Positions 12,680 to 25,700 are shown, counted from the first letter of the stretch. The stretch: 64,000 nt of DNA from Azolla caroliniana (GCA_043228905.1 JBHGNT010000008.1:10850001-10914000); one strand, 5' to 3'. The notes: generated by a model from the letters alone, not told the origin. Numbers and translations are program-made.

Positions 12680-14180
12680 GTTATTTTTGCATAATAACAA
12701 TTTTCATAATCATTGTAATTAAATTTCAAATTTTTCGAACTTAACTCCAGATATTAATGGACTTAATTTTGGAGTTTATTTTCAGGTGAAAACAGGCAAC
12801 ACTACGAGCGATTATAAATCATTATATGATCAAACAATTAGATGGCACAAGCTTTGATTTTTGGGTGGTTAGGATGTGTGGCATCCTAATTCCTGAGGAA
12901 TGTGACCATGCTTTGGAAAGTGAGAAGCCAACCACTTTGATAGACCTTGCATGGTCAAATTATATATGTAATAAATTCATTACATATATTCAAATGTTTG
13001 TGCCACATGAAAGGGGCTAAAGGGATATGCCTTGATGAAGAGATAGACCAATGGTGAGAGCAGTGACTTAGCTAATGTTAGAGCAATCAGATATAATGGC
13101 AAGACATGCTAGAAAAAGTCCAGTTGCAAGTAGTTCAAGAAAGAACTTAAACGTAGAAATCGTGCCAGTGACAAGAAGGATGCAAAAAAGAAAAAATTGT
13201 ATGATACAAATAGTTCTAAGGGCAATGAGAAGGATAGTTTGGTCTCTAATGTGGTTAGGAGAGTTAACTAATGCAAGGCAAATTCTTTGTGCCCATTGTC
13301 TTCAAATGATGTTTCCACACTCCATGTGCAACATATGTGGATCACAAATGTGAATATAGCATATCATCATGGCACATTAGTGCTTATTACCAAAAACTTT
13401 CCACTCCCATAGCTTCTCAACAACTCGGAGAACTTTTAAATAGATAAAAGGTAGTTGATAGAATCAATTCCATGTATCCATGAGAACGTTACCTTCAATC
13501 ATTGCCAAATATTGAAATTGCTTACCACTAATGACACATTGAATCAAACTTGGATATTAGACGTAGGTGCCTCATTACACATGACTCCTACTACTAAGGA
13601 CTGTTTTGTCACTTTTCGTGCAAGAGATTATGGTAAAGTCTATTTGGGCAATAATCAAGCTTGCACTATTGAAGGAATAGGCATTATGCATTTGGCTTTC
13701 AGTAATGACCAAGAATGTGTATTGTATGATGTCAAATATGTTCCTACCATTAAAAGGAGTCTATTCTTTGTTGATTAGATAGATATACATGGATATAAGA
13801 CCACCTTTGAGAGACGATCGTGGAAATTGACGAAAGGTTCTACACTTGTTGTCAAAAGGGACAAAGAATTCAATCTTTGTTGCTTGAAAGGAAAGGGCTT
13901 TCCAATCAAATTTATTGTTGTCGATGTTGATTGGCACTTGGAGTTTTGGAATAAATAGTTGGGCCATATGAACCAAAAAAGAGTTGCCACATGTCAACTT
14001 GAGCAGAAAGGATTGCCCAAAAGATACAGTAGCAATCAATTCGATAACGGTTGTATCATGTGCTTCAACTTGTGGTTCTTGGATGTATGCCATGGTTGCT
14101 ATAAGACCAGACATTTCGCGCACAACAGGAGTCAATAGCAAGTTCATGGCTAATCCTGGCAAGGTACATTGGGAATAGGT
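12680..14180 (+). mobile_element. Degenerate, internally deleted copia fragment (gag, PR, GAG-pre-integrase, RT end)
   Basis: Gag start QLDGTSFDFWVVRM, protease WILDVGASLHMT, VKYVPTIKRSL, GHMNQK, then a jump to MYAMVAIRPDI...ANPGKVHWE. Boundaries are approximate. Confidence 0.75.
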
Positions 14181-14441
14181 CACTGATCATCAGACATATT
14201 TACATCAATCATCAGACCACGCCTATATTCACTCGGAGATAGTTCTCCTTCGTTCTCCTCATACACATAGCTTTGTATTTCTCTGATGAATTGTAACAAG
14301 GTGTCGAAGTTCTTTATACCAATGTGATTCCAGCCAAAGTGCTTACAAAATTGAAAACCCTAAACCCATCTCGAGAAAATCAGATAGGGTCAGCTCAACA
14401 TCCTCATCATCACATTCATTTCTGTGTTTCAGTACATGTAG

Positions 14442-14445
<4 letters not shown>

Positions 14446-14517
<72 letters not shown>
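14446..14517. repeat. (AT)36 microsatellite
   Basis: Perfect AT dinucleotide run of about 72 bp. Confidence 0.97.
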
Positions 14518-14521
<4 letters not shown>

Positions 14522-14634
14522 ACAAATATCTGCAAACATGAGCTCGTACAAATAAAAAACCATAGAATTGAAACCATTCCAGAACAGGACACAGAAGAAA
14601 GAGGAAGGGGGTGGAGGATCGGACTAAGGAGTAC

Positions 14635-14849
14635 CTGCGCTTCTTGTTGCCCTGGCCGACTTGGTAGAATCCGTAGGATATGACCGCAGCAGAAACAAGG
14701 AAGACTGCGACGCCGCCAGGGCCCGAGTTTGGGATACGGCGCGCATAACGCACGGCCGGGAAGCCCCCAGGCGGCGGCCCATCCTGCAGCACTGGCATGT
14801 CCTTCACGCTGCTCATGCCCTTCTGCCGTCGTATCAGGAGCTCCGTCAT
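14635..14849 (-). CDS. NDUFA13: First coding exon of mitochondrial complex I subunit B16.6 (NDUFA13/GRIM-19, Arabidopsis MEE4-like)
   Basis: Encodes [71 protein letters not shown], with the plant NDUFA13 signature QDGPPPGGF...VRYARRI plus a TM helix. ATG context GCCGCCACCATG. Ends at the donor AG|GTAC after 215 nt (phase 2). Later exons were not found in the window. Confidence 0.92.
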
Positions 14850-14869
14850 GGTGGCGGCGGCGACGATGT

Positions 14870-14879
14870 CTGTCTCTCT

Positions 14880-14922
<43 letters not shown>

Positions 14923-14997
14923 GTGTTCTGCAGTATCACAGTTTTCTTCTTTTTCTTCTTCTTCTTCTTCTTCGTCGTCGTCGTCGTCGTCGTCGTA
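14870..14997. repeat. Compound microsatellite upstream of the NDUFA13 ATG: (GAC)n(GAA)n ... (GA)n(GACA)n on the sense strand
   Basis: Directly visible; typical of plant 5' UTR or proximal promoter GA-rich tracts. Confidence 0.8.
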
Positions 14998-15371
14998 GTT
15001 CAGTTCCTTTCCTTTCCTTTATTCATGATGAGTCCACTCACTTCTTATGAGTGCGATCACGATCCGCACATTCGTCATCTTTGCCACCGTGGCAAATGTC
15101 TCTTCGTAGTTGACTCCATTTGTTTGTGCGTATCCTTTCGCTACGAATCCAACTTTGTAGCGGTTTATGGAGCCGTCGACGTTATACTCCATCTGCAACC
15201 GATAGCCTTCTTGTGCGGTGAGTGGGGGACAAGATCCCATGTCTTATTTTTTGGAGAGTGCTTGCATCTCCTCATTCATTGCTTCAACCCATCTTGGGTC
15301 CTTCACAGCTTCGGAAAACGTTTCCGGCTCCCGTACTGTCGCCACCTTAATCATAAAGGCGTAATGGTACG

Positions 15372-15758
15372 TGTAAAGAATAGCGTGCGGAAGCAGGTAT
15401 GAAGACAGAACAAAGGAAGGAAACTCAGGTTCAATGGAGAGCTTCGGCTTACACGGTATACGCGGGAGAGACAGCGAGAGAAACACAGAAACAACTCTAT
15501 TCAATAATAATACTCAGTCTGTACATAAGACGTGCTCAGTGAACACTTTTATACAAGTCCTGGAAGGACTGACCGAAGTACTGACAGTACTTCAATGCTC
15601 ATTAAGAGCTCCTACACTAACTCCCAAATATATTCCTCACGGAATATCTTTCCTAACGACCTCCCGGTTTACGCACTCGACCTAACCGATCGGTCCCAGC
15701 CGATCCGGTCCTCGACTTCTTCAGCCGATCTGGCCGATGTTGAGCTTGTCTCTCAACA
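15372..15758 (-). repeat. Copy of the 3' LTR of element D in the pre-gap duplicate block
   Basis: 387 bp matching 17093-17479. TATA-like TGTATAAAAG on the minus strand at 15546-15555. Confidence 0.9.
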
Positions 15759-16197
15759 CTCCCCCTCAAGCTCAACTTGGGGCTCTTCGGGATCCTCGGG
15801 CTCACGGCTTCGGTTCCTCTTGGCTTCACGCCTCGCTCGCGCTCCTCGACCTGTTCGACTCCGCGCGCTTCGACCCTTCTGGTCGGCTTGTCTGCTCATG
15901 TGGCCCTTATCAGCTCTTCTGTTGTTGCGGTGTTGACGCTTCTCCTGCTGCCTTTTCTTCCGCTTAGGCCTCGGTTGATTCAGCGTGTCTGAATCAAACA
16001 TCCGAACCGACTCAGCTACCTCCGATCGGTTTTCGCTCTCGTCCGAGTTGGCTGTCTCCAACTCGTCTTTGGTCTTCTCGCCCTCGATGGCGTCATCTCC
16101 CCTATGCGTGGTTGGCTTCAGCTCTCTCCTTCGGCTGCTCCCCTTCTGTCCGCTTCCGAACTTTTTCGCGGGTCCGCCCTTGGCTTCTTCAGCCGAT

Positions 16198-16297
16198 NNN
16201 NNNNNNNNNNNNNNNNNNNNNNNNNNNNNNNNNNNNNNNNNNNNNNNNNNNNNNNNNNNNNNNNNNNNNNNNNNNNNNNNNNNNNNNNNNNNNNNNN
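16198..16297. other. Assembly gap (100 N)
   Basis: Exactly 100 N, a standard placeholder for a gap of unknown size. Confidence 0.99.
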
Positions 16298-16298
16298 A

Positions 16299-16601
16299 AT
16301 TCCAGAACAGGACACAGAAGAAAGAGGAAGGGGGTGGAGGATCGGACTAAGGAGTACCTGCGCTTCTTGTTGCCCTGGCCGACTTGGTAGAATCCGTAGG
16401 ATATGACCGCAGCAGAAACAAGGAAGACTGCGACGCCGCCAGGGCCCGAGTTTGGGATACGGCGCGCATAACGCACGGCCGGGAAGCCCCCAGGCGGCGG
16501 CCCATCCTGCAGCACTGCATGTCCTTCACGCTGCTCATGCCCTTCTGCCGTCGTATCAGGAGCTCCGTCATGGTGGCGGCGGCGACGATGTCTGTCTCTC
16601 T

Positions 16602-16644
<43 letters not shown>

Positions 16645-17918
16645 GTGTTCTGCAGTATCACAGTTTTCTTCTTTTTCTTCTTCTTCTTCTTCTTCGTCGT
16701 CGTCGTCGTCGTCGTCGTAGTTCAGTTCCTTTCCTTTCCTTTATTCATGATGAGTCCACTCACTTCTTATGAGTGCGATCACGATCCGCACATTCGTCAT
16801 CTTTGCCACCGTGGCAAATGTCTCTTCGTAGTTGACTCCATTTGTTTGTGCGTATCCTTTCGCTACGAATCCAACTTTGTAGCGGTTTATGGAGCCGTCG
16901 ACGTTATACTCCATCTGCAACCGATAGCCTTCTTGTGCGGTGAGTGGGGGACAAGATCCCATGTCTTATTTTTTGGAGAGTGCTTGCATCTCCTCATTCA
17001 TTGCTTCAACCCATCTTGGTCCTTCACAGCTTCGGAAAACGTTTCCGGCTCCCGTACTGTCGCCACCTTAATCATAAAGGCGTAATGGTACGTGTAAAGA
17101 ATAGCGTGCGGAAGCAGGTATGAAGACAGAACAAAGGAAGGAAACTCAGGTTCAATGGAGAGCTTCGGCTTACACGGTATACGCGGGAGAGACAGCGAGA
17201 GAAACACAGAAACAACTCTATTCAATAATAATACTCAGTCTGTACATAAGACGTGCTCAGTGAACACTTTTATACAAGTCCTGGAAGGACTGACCGAAGT
17301 ACTGACAGTACTTCAATGCTCATTAAGAGCTCCTACACTAACTCCCAAATATATTCCTCACGGAATATCTTTCCTAACGACCTCCCGGTTTACGCACTCG
17401 ACCTAACCGATCGGTCCCAGCCGATCCGGTCCTCGACTTCTTCAGCCGATCTGGCCGATGTTGAGCTTGTCTCTCAACACTCCCCCCTCAAGCTCAACTT
17501 GGGGCTCTTCGGGATCCTCGGGCTCACGGCTTCGGTTCCTCTTGGCTTCACGCCTCGCTCGCGCTCCTCGACCTGTTCGACTCCGCGCGCTTCGACCCTT
17601 CTGGTCGGCTTGTCTGCTCATGTGGCCCTTATCAGCTCTTCTGTTGTTGCGGTGTTGACGCTTCTCCTGCTGCCTTTTCTTCCGCTTAGGCCTCGGTTGA
17701 TTCAGCGTGTCTGAATCAAACATCCGAACCGACTCAGCTACCTCCGATCGGTTTTCGCTCTCGTCCGAGTTGGCTGTCTCCAACTCGTCTTTGGTCTTCT
17801 CGCCTCGATGGCGTCATCTCCCCTATGCGTGGTTGGCTTCAGCTCTCTCCTTCGGCTGCTCCCCTTCTGTCCGCTTCCGAACTTTTTCGCGGGTCCGCCC
17901 TTGGCTTCTTCAGCCGAT
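16299..17918. repeat. Direct duplicate of 14576-16197 (probable false duplication); includes a frameshifted second copy of the NDUFA13 exon near 16358-16571
   Basis: Same sequence on both sides of the gap. The only differences I found are four 1-bp homopolymer indels (net -2 bp). Confidence 0.9.
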
Positions 17919-20900
17919 CCGAAGTCGAACTTGTCAACCAACTCGGTGTCGCGGTCTCTGCTCCTTTCTTGCAGCCTTGCTTGGTCGTTCGGGACTGTTC
18001 TCCCCCTCAAGTTTGGCACGTCAAGGTGACGCAATCCGAGCGCACCTGAGAATTGCCGCAACTTGTCCAGACCAAGAGGCTTGGTGAAGATGTCGGCAGC
18101 CTGCCGATCCGTCAGAACGTACTGAAGTTCGACTTCACCGGAAAGGACACGCTCACGGACGAAATGGTAGTGCACCTCAATGTGCTTGGTCCGTGCGTGG
18201 AAGATAGGGTTCTTCGCGAGTTAGATGTTGCTGAGGTTGTCGCAGTAGATCGTCGTTGGATCGGACACCTCCTCTTGCAGGTCCTTAAGTAGCCGCTTCA
18301 ACCATATGGCTTCGCATGTCGCGATAGCTGCTCCTCGATACTCCGCTTCGGTGCTCGACAGTGCAACTGTCGGCTGCTTCTTACTGCTCCACGCGATCGC
18401 AGCACTCCCGAGGGAGAACGCGTATCTAGACGTGGATCGACGATCGGCGGCGTTGCCAACCCAATCAGCATCGGTGTAGCCGACTAGCTGCACGGTTGCA
18501 CCGGTCCGATATAGCAGTCCTCTGTCCTTAGTGCCACTTATGTACCGCAGTACGCGTTGCGCACACTGAAGGTGCTCCTCGGTAGGTCGCGCCATGAACT
18601 GACTGATCACCCCGACCGGGTAACTGAGGTCGGGTCGGGTGATGGTCAAGTATATGAGGCTTGCGACAATTTGTCGGAACCTCATCGGGTCACATACCTT
18701 TCTCGTATCGGGACGAAGCTTGACGGTTCTGTCCAGAGGAGTCGAGACGGTCTTACAGTCGGCCATCCCGAATTTGAAGAGCATACTCAACACGTAGTGA
18801 CGTTGGTTGATCAATATGCCTTCGAGGGTACGGATCACTTCGATCCCGAGGAAGTAATGAAGGTCCCCCAGATCCTTCATGTCGAACAATGCCGCAAGCT
18901 AGAGCTTCACGCGGTCGATTTCACTTAGGTCGGCGCCGGTGATGACCAAGTCATCAACATATAGTAAAATACTAACCGGTCCAAGTCGACCTTTCCGGAT
19001 GAACAGGGAAGAGTCTGATTTTGATGTGACGAAGCCCATCCGACGCAGTTGTTGCGTGATCTTCGCGTTCCAGGCATGCGGGGCTTGCTTCAGTCCGTAA
19101 AGGGACTTCTTCAATCGACAGACTACCGAGGAGTTCGTTCCGGAGTGAAATCCGAGGGGTTGTACCATGTACACCTGTTCCTCAAGGTCACCTTGCAGGA
19201 ACGCATTCTTTACATCCATCTGATGTAAGTGCCACCCCTTGGACGTGACTACTACGAGCAAAACACGGACGATCGTCATTTTCGCGACCGGCGCAAACGT
19301 CTCATCGTAGTCGATGCCGTGTTTTTGTGCGTAGCCCTTTGCCACTAGCCGAGCCTTGTACCTGTTGACCGAGCCATCGGTGTTGTACTTGACCTTGTAC
19401 ACCCACCTACACCCGATCGGTTTTACCCCTCTGGGTGCGTAAACCAGGTCCCAGGTCTTGTTCTCCGCCAATGCGTGCATCTCTTCCTCCATCGCGGCAC
19501 GCCAATTCGCGTCCTTCGCCGCTTCTGCGTAGCTCTCTGGCTCACGCACTTCCGCTACACGGGTCATGTACGCATAATGATGCGCCATGTACTCGTTGTA
19601 TCCGAACCGCAAAACAGGATTCTTCTGGCGGGTAGATCGGCGTAATCTCAAATCAGCCGATGTCGAGGCCTTCTCAGTCGACGCGGTCTTCATCTTTAAA
19701 GACCTGTCACCGGCTCCCTCGGAGTCAGACTCGCGTCGGTCGGACTCGTTCCTTTCCGTGCCGGAATCCGACACCTTCTTCTTCCCTTTCTCTTTGCGCG
19801 TAAGCCGTCTCCTCGGCTTCCTACGCGGGGAATGCATGGTCGAGTCTCCACTACTCGCCGGCTCTTCGTCGGACTGGTCATACCGACTCAGTCATCCAAT
19901 TGGTCCACTTAACCGGAGTGAAATCGGACTCTCTTCGCGGGTCTCGATTTCAGGCTCATCCGGAGGCATCTCGGTCTCGCTGACCTCATCGTCAGAGCTC
20001 GGATTGGAGTCGGGGTTCCGAGTCGGGGACAGGTACTAGGATGCGGACTCGTCAAACACAACGTCGCGACTGACACGCGCTTGTTTGGTGCGAGGGTTAT
20101 AGCACTTATAACCCTTCTGCTCGTCCGAGTAACCGACCAAGATGCATTTCTCGGCCTTTGCGTCCAGCTTCCTCCTTTTCTCCTTCGGTATATGCACATA
20201 CGCAATGCTACCGAACACCCTCAAGTGTCGCAAGTTCGGCTTCCTTCCGAAATATAGCTCGTGTGGCGACACTTTGTCTCCGATCCGGTTCTGGATGTAT
20301 ACCGCGGTCCTTACCGCCTCGGCCCAGTAGAACTTGGGCAAGCTCTTCTCCTCCAGCATTGCTCGTGCCGCTTCTACAATCGACCGATTCTTCCTCTCGG
20401 CCACGCCGTTCTGCTCCGGCGTGTATCTACAACTGAATTCGCGCCGAATTCCCATTTGTTGTAGATAACCGTTGAATTGACCGGAAAAGTACTCTTTCCC
20501 GCCATCCGACCGCAGACACTTGATCTTTCATCCCGTTTCCGTTTCCACGAACCCTTTGAGGTCCCGGAAACAGTCGAAGACTTCGCTCTTCCTCTCAATG
20601 AGGTAGATCCACGTGTGCCGTGTGTGGTCGTCGATGAAGGAGACAAAATATCGCCTCCCGCCAAGGCTAACATTTTGTGTCGGCCCCCACACATCCGAGT
20701 GTATAAGGTCGAGCTTGTTCCGGCTCCGGTTTCGCTCGTTGGGGAAAGGAAGTCGGTGTTGCTTCCCGAGCTGGCAGGCTTCACAAATTTGTGCCTTTCG
20801 GCCACTAAACTTGGGCAATCCGAACACTACCTGTTTCGATTGCAGATCTTGAAGCCGCTGGTAGTTGACGTGGCGGCCTATCCGCTTGTGCCACAAGTCA

Positions 20901-22760
20901 ATGTCCGACTCGGCTTTTTGTCCCTTTGCGAACATTGCGGTGCCGCCGTCAGTGGAATCGAGGATGAACATCCTCCCATCTCTACGCCCTTGCGCAATCA
21001 CACGGCCTTCTTCCTCAATGAAGCACCCGAGGTGTGTAAACTGAACCTCCATCCCTTGGTTGACGATCTGTCCGACCGAGACCAAGTTCTTCGTGATTGT
21101 CGGAATGTGCAACACGTTCATGAGTTTCCCTTTCTGCCCGACATGGCTAAGGGGAACTTCTCCGACATTCGCGATCGGATGCGGAGTGTCTTCTCCTGTT
21201 GCGACTACTCCAGATTGTATCGGTTTTTCAAGGTACGAGAACCACTCCTTATGGCTCGTCATGTGGTTTGACGCACCGGAGTCTACGTACCACACCTCGT
21301 CCGATCTCGGGGTGCTCTGTTTCATTGAGTTTGCTTCGTGTCTCGTCACGAAGGGAGTCCCTTCTCCGGCTCTCCCGGAGTCTTTGGCGTAGTGCGATCG
21401 CTGCCGATTTCCCTTGTCGGTATGTCTGGAGCCGTTCCCGGAACCAGTTCTCTCCGAATCGGCGCGCTTCTTCCAGCACTCACTTTCCCTGTGGCCTTTC
21501 TTGCCATAGTACCAGCACTCCACGATGGACTTCCCTTGCCGGTTCTCATCGCTTCGACTCCCCCTGTTTCCGGAGGGTCCGGAGTTGCTGTCGGCATCAC
21601 TTCGGTGCCTTCTTCCTTGATCTCGTCGGCCGCCTTCATTGCGCCCCGACTCGCCTCGTCCTCCACGTCCACGAGGCCTATCTCCCTCTGTGTACAACAT
21701 TCTGCTGTCAGCGTGCGTGCTTGTAGACGCACCCGCGTGGTTCTCCTCTACCAAGAGCATCGACTGTAAGTCGAAAAAGGATGGCGTATTCTCCCGGGTA
21801 CACAGCCGTTCGGAACGCTCCGAACTTCGACGCCAAACCTTCGAGACAGATCTGGACCATCTCGCTCTCCTCGATGTTCACCTCTATGGAGGCGAGGGAG
21901 TCGCAGATATCCTTGATCTTCGAGGTATAGTCCGCCACCGACAAATCGTATTGTTGTAGGTTGCTCAACTCCCGTCGGAGCTGAAGCTTCCTGGCTGTGG
22001 TGCTCGCGGCGAAAATCTTTTTCAGATTTTCCCACGCACCCTTCGACGTCTTTGCATCCCGAACATAGCTTAATAGTTGTTCGCCTACACACGACGTGAA
22101 GCAGTACAATACCCTGCTCGCCGATTGCTCCCACAACGGGAAGTCTCTGTGTGTCGATTCGGGTGCCGCGTCATTAGCTCCTTCGACATAACTCCAGTAG
22201 CCGTGCCCGAGCAGGTACTGGTGCATCTTGTAGGACCAACACGCGTAGTTGGTTCTGTCGAGCTTCTCTGTTGGAAGCGAGCTCGCCATGCCTCTATCCA
22301 TCGTTCTTCTTGTTCTTCTTCGTTAAGCTATGTCGGTTGCAGAGAGGTTCTCAACCCTCGCACTCTGATACCATGTAAAGAATAGCGTGCGGAAGCAGGT
22401 ATGAAGACAGAACAAAGGAAGGAAACTCAGGTTCAATGGAGAGCTTCGGCTTACACGGTATACGCGGGAGAGACAGCGAGAGAAACACAGAAACAACTCT
22501 ATTCAATAATAATACTCAGTCTGTACATAAGACGTGCTCAGTGAACACTTTTATACAAGTCCTGGAAGGACTGACCGAAGTACTGACAGTACTTCAATGC
22601 TCATTAAGAGCTCCTACACTAACTCCCAAATATATTCCTCACGGAATATCTTTCCTAACGACCTCCCGGTTTACGCACTCGACCTAACCGATCGGTCCCA
22701 GCCGATCCGGTCCTTGGCTTCTTCAGCCGATCTGGCCGATGTTGAGCTTGTCTCTCAACA
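17093..22760 (-). mobile_element. Full-length young Ty1/copia element D
   Basis: 387-bp LTRs 17093-17479 and 22374-22760 (2 substitutions seen), TSD GTACG at 17088-17092 and 22761-22765, PBS TGGTATCAGAGT abutting the LTR, PPT at 17480-17492. Gag, PR (WYVDSGAS), INT, RT (YVDD) and RH are all present with a few stops and frameshifts. Confidence 0.97.
17474..22301 (-). pseudogene. gag-pol of element D, including a C-terminal extension
   Basis: ORF-track pieces 21708-22301, 20528-21760, 20036-20455, 18899-19837, 18221-18889, 17738-18175 and the tail ending PQVELEGEC in the pre-gap copy. Confidence 0.9.
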
Positions 22761-25700
22761 GTACGCCATATAATCGTTGTCGCCGAATCGGCTTACGGGG
22801 TTCTTTTCACGGGTGGATCGGTGGAGCTTCTCGTTTGCGGATACTACAACCGCTCCATTTGTCCGGATCTCAAGGTCTTCGAACTCACTATCGAGGGAGT
22901 AAGTCAATTCGATGTCGTTGAAATGATCATCTTCATACTCCGGCATTTTCAACTTCCCTTTGTCTAGCTTCGGACTCGGTCGAGATGTGCTTTGATCGCT
23001 CGGGGGCTCTTGTGGTCCACTAAACCTTGTCGTAATCGGGCTTTCTTCGAACATGCACGTGAGTTGATCTTCGGCTTCTATCTCTATTTCGGCAAAATCC
23101 GGGTCGAGCTGAATCGAAGTCGAAGTTGTCTTTGGTGCGTACCAAGATGCAGACTCATCGAAACCGCCATCTCGACTTACTCGAGATTTACAAGTTGAGG
23201 GGTTATAGCACTTGTACCCCTTTTGCTCTAGTGAGTATCCTATGAGGATACATTTCTCCGACTTCAGGTCGAGTTTTTGATGCTTTTCGTCGGGGATGTG
23301 CACATACGCAATGGAGCCGAATATCTGAACATGTGATAGATTCGGCTTCTTTCCGAAAAACTTCTAGTGCGGCGTGAGTTCATGCACGCCGGATGTCGTA
23401 CACCAATTCATGAGATAGACGGCCGTGTTAGATGCTTCCGCCCAATATGATTTCAGCATGTGCTTTTCGTTAAGCATAGCATGTGCCACTTCAAGGATGT
23501 GTCGATTCTTGTGTTCGGCTACTCCGTTCTGTTGTGGCCTATATTGACACGAAAATTCTCGTCGAATCCCTTCTTTTCGAAGATACTCCGTAAACTCATC
23601 CGAGAAATATTCCTTTCCTCCATCTGATCGAAGGCATCGTACATGTCGACTCATAGCTTTTTCGACTCCACTCTTGAATTTTTGGAAGTGTCTGAACACT
23701 TCGCTCTTTTGCCGCATTGGGTAGATCCAAGTGTGCCTAGAGAAGTCGTCGATAAAGGTCACGTAGTATCGGTATCCGCCGAATGTTGCTGTTTGAGCCG
23801 GTCCCCATACATCGAAATGAATTACATCGAGTGCGTCTTTGCTTACATTCCTCTCCTTCGAAAATGGATGCCAATGTTGCTTGCCGAATTGGCAAGCCGC
23901 ACGTACGCCTTCAATCTCTCTCCCTTTGAAGTTCGGGAGTCTGATGATGACTCCTTTCGATTGCATCGCCTTGAGCTTTTGAAGGTTGATATGGCCAATC
24001 CACTTGTGCCATAACTCTATGTCGGACTCGGCTTTTGTGCCTTTTGCGAGCATGGCCGATTTCATCTCATGCAAGTCGAAAATGAACATTCGGCCCTCTC
24101 TTCGTCCGCGTGCAATGAGTCGGCCCTCTTTTTCGATGAAGCAACTGCCTTGATTAAATCGAACTTGCATTCCTTGCTCTACAATTTGGCCTACGGAGAC
24201 CAAACTCTTCGTGATAGTTGTTACATGCAAGACATTTTTAATGTAAGTTTTCTTACCTTCTTCTCTGAATGAAACATTGCCGATGTGCCGAATCGGATGT
24301 GTAGTGTTGTCTCCGGTTTTGACATAGCTGGGTCGTTCCGGCTCTCGAAGTTCTCGAAACCATTCTTGATGAGACGTCATATGGTTCGAGGCACCAGAGT
24401 CGACGAACCATACGTCTTCCGGACCCGAGGCACTAGTTGAAGTAGAAGTCGACATAGAATTTGCTCTATGTCTCATCACGAACATTCCTCCACGAACGTC
24501 ATAGTCGGAGTTGGTGGTGTAGTTGGTGAGTTGTCGGCTAGTGGAAGCCGACTCGCGTATCTTCTTACGACATTCTTCTTCGTGGTGACCGATTTTCCGC
24601 AATATCCACATTCGACCGAGTTTTGTCAACTTGGACCGGAATGGAAGCTCCCCCTTCTTCCGAAGGTTCCTCGATGGCTTCCGTCTTGATGTCGTAATTG
24701 AGAGTTATTTTCATAAATCGGGCCTCGTCCGCCTCGTCCTTGGCCGAATCGGCCTCTTCTTGCACGGCCGTGTCCTCTTCCTCCGTCCGAATGCATGTAG
24801 AGCATGTGGCCTTCCGAGGCGTTGCTCCTTGTTTGAACATGATTCTCTTCAACCAATAACATGGATTGAAGATCAAAGAAGAAGGGCAGATTCTCCCATG
24901 CTAGTATGGCAATCTGCATCGCGTCAAACCGTGGTGCAAGGCCGCCGAGGCATATTTGCACCATTTCGTCATCCTCCGCATTGACGCTTATCGAGCCAAG
25001 TGCATCACAAAGCTCCTTGATCTTCAAGGTGTATCTTGTAATGGACATATCCCTTTGTTGGATGTTGTTCAACTCTTGGCGGAGTTGAAGCTTTCTCACG
25101 GTAGTGTTGGCGGCGAAAATATTTCGTAGATTCTCCCACGCTTCCTTCGGCGTCTCAGCTTCTCGAATGTAGCCGAGCATGTGGTCGTGAGGACATGTCA
25201 CCAAGCAATACATCACTCGGCTTGCCGCTTGCTCCCAAGTTTCATAGTCGGCGTCTTTCAGATCGGGTCGGTTTTCTTATGCTCCCTTGATGTAACTCCA
25301 ATAGCCTTGGCTGACAAGGTATTGGTGCATCTTGTACTCCCAAGATGCAAAGTTGTTGCGATCCAACTTCTCGCTAGGGAGAGCGCTCCCCATTTGAGTA
25401 TTCATTGTCGATTAAGCTTCCTTTCTTCTTTTCCTTCTCTCTCAAACACGAGCTATGTAGTGGTACTACGATAGCAATGAGTTGGTTCTTGAACGTCGGC
25501 GTAGAGCACAACACATGATCACGATGAGGCGAGTGGGCTAGATCGAGCTACCAAATCACTCTAATACCATGTAAAGAATCAATGGTGATTCTTGTGCAGC
25601 GGAATAGATATGTGTGTGCGCGCGCTCGCGTGTGTGTGTGGGTGTGTGAGAGAGAAAAATAGAGGAGAGAAGAGAACACAAGATAGATAGATAAGAATAC

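Noticed and set aside
14517-14939. 140-aa ORF as the complete NDUFA13 protein
   Set aside because: The N-terminal part is translated GA microsatellite and the part after NKKRR is intron read-through past a GT donor.
16358-16571. Second NDUFA13 exon as a real paralogue or pseudogene
   Set aside because: It lies in the gap-flanking duplicate and differs by a single homopolymer deletion; an assembly artefact is the simpler explanation.
20477-21769. Long antisense ORFs over copia pol (also within F, M and H)
   Set aside because: Expected shadow ORFs of GC-rich coding sequence; no recognisable motifs, and they are broken at different places among D, F and M.
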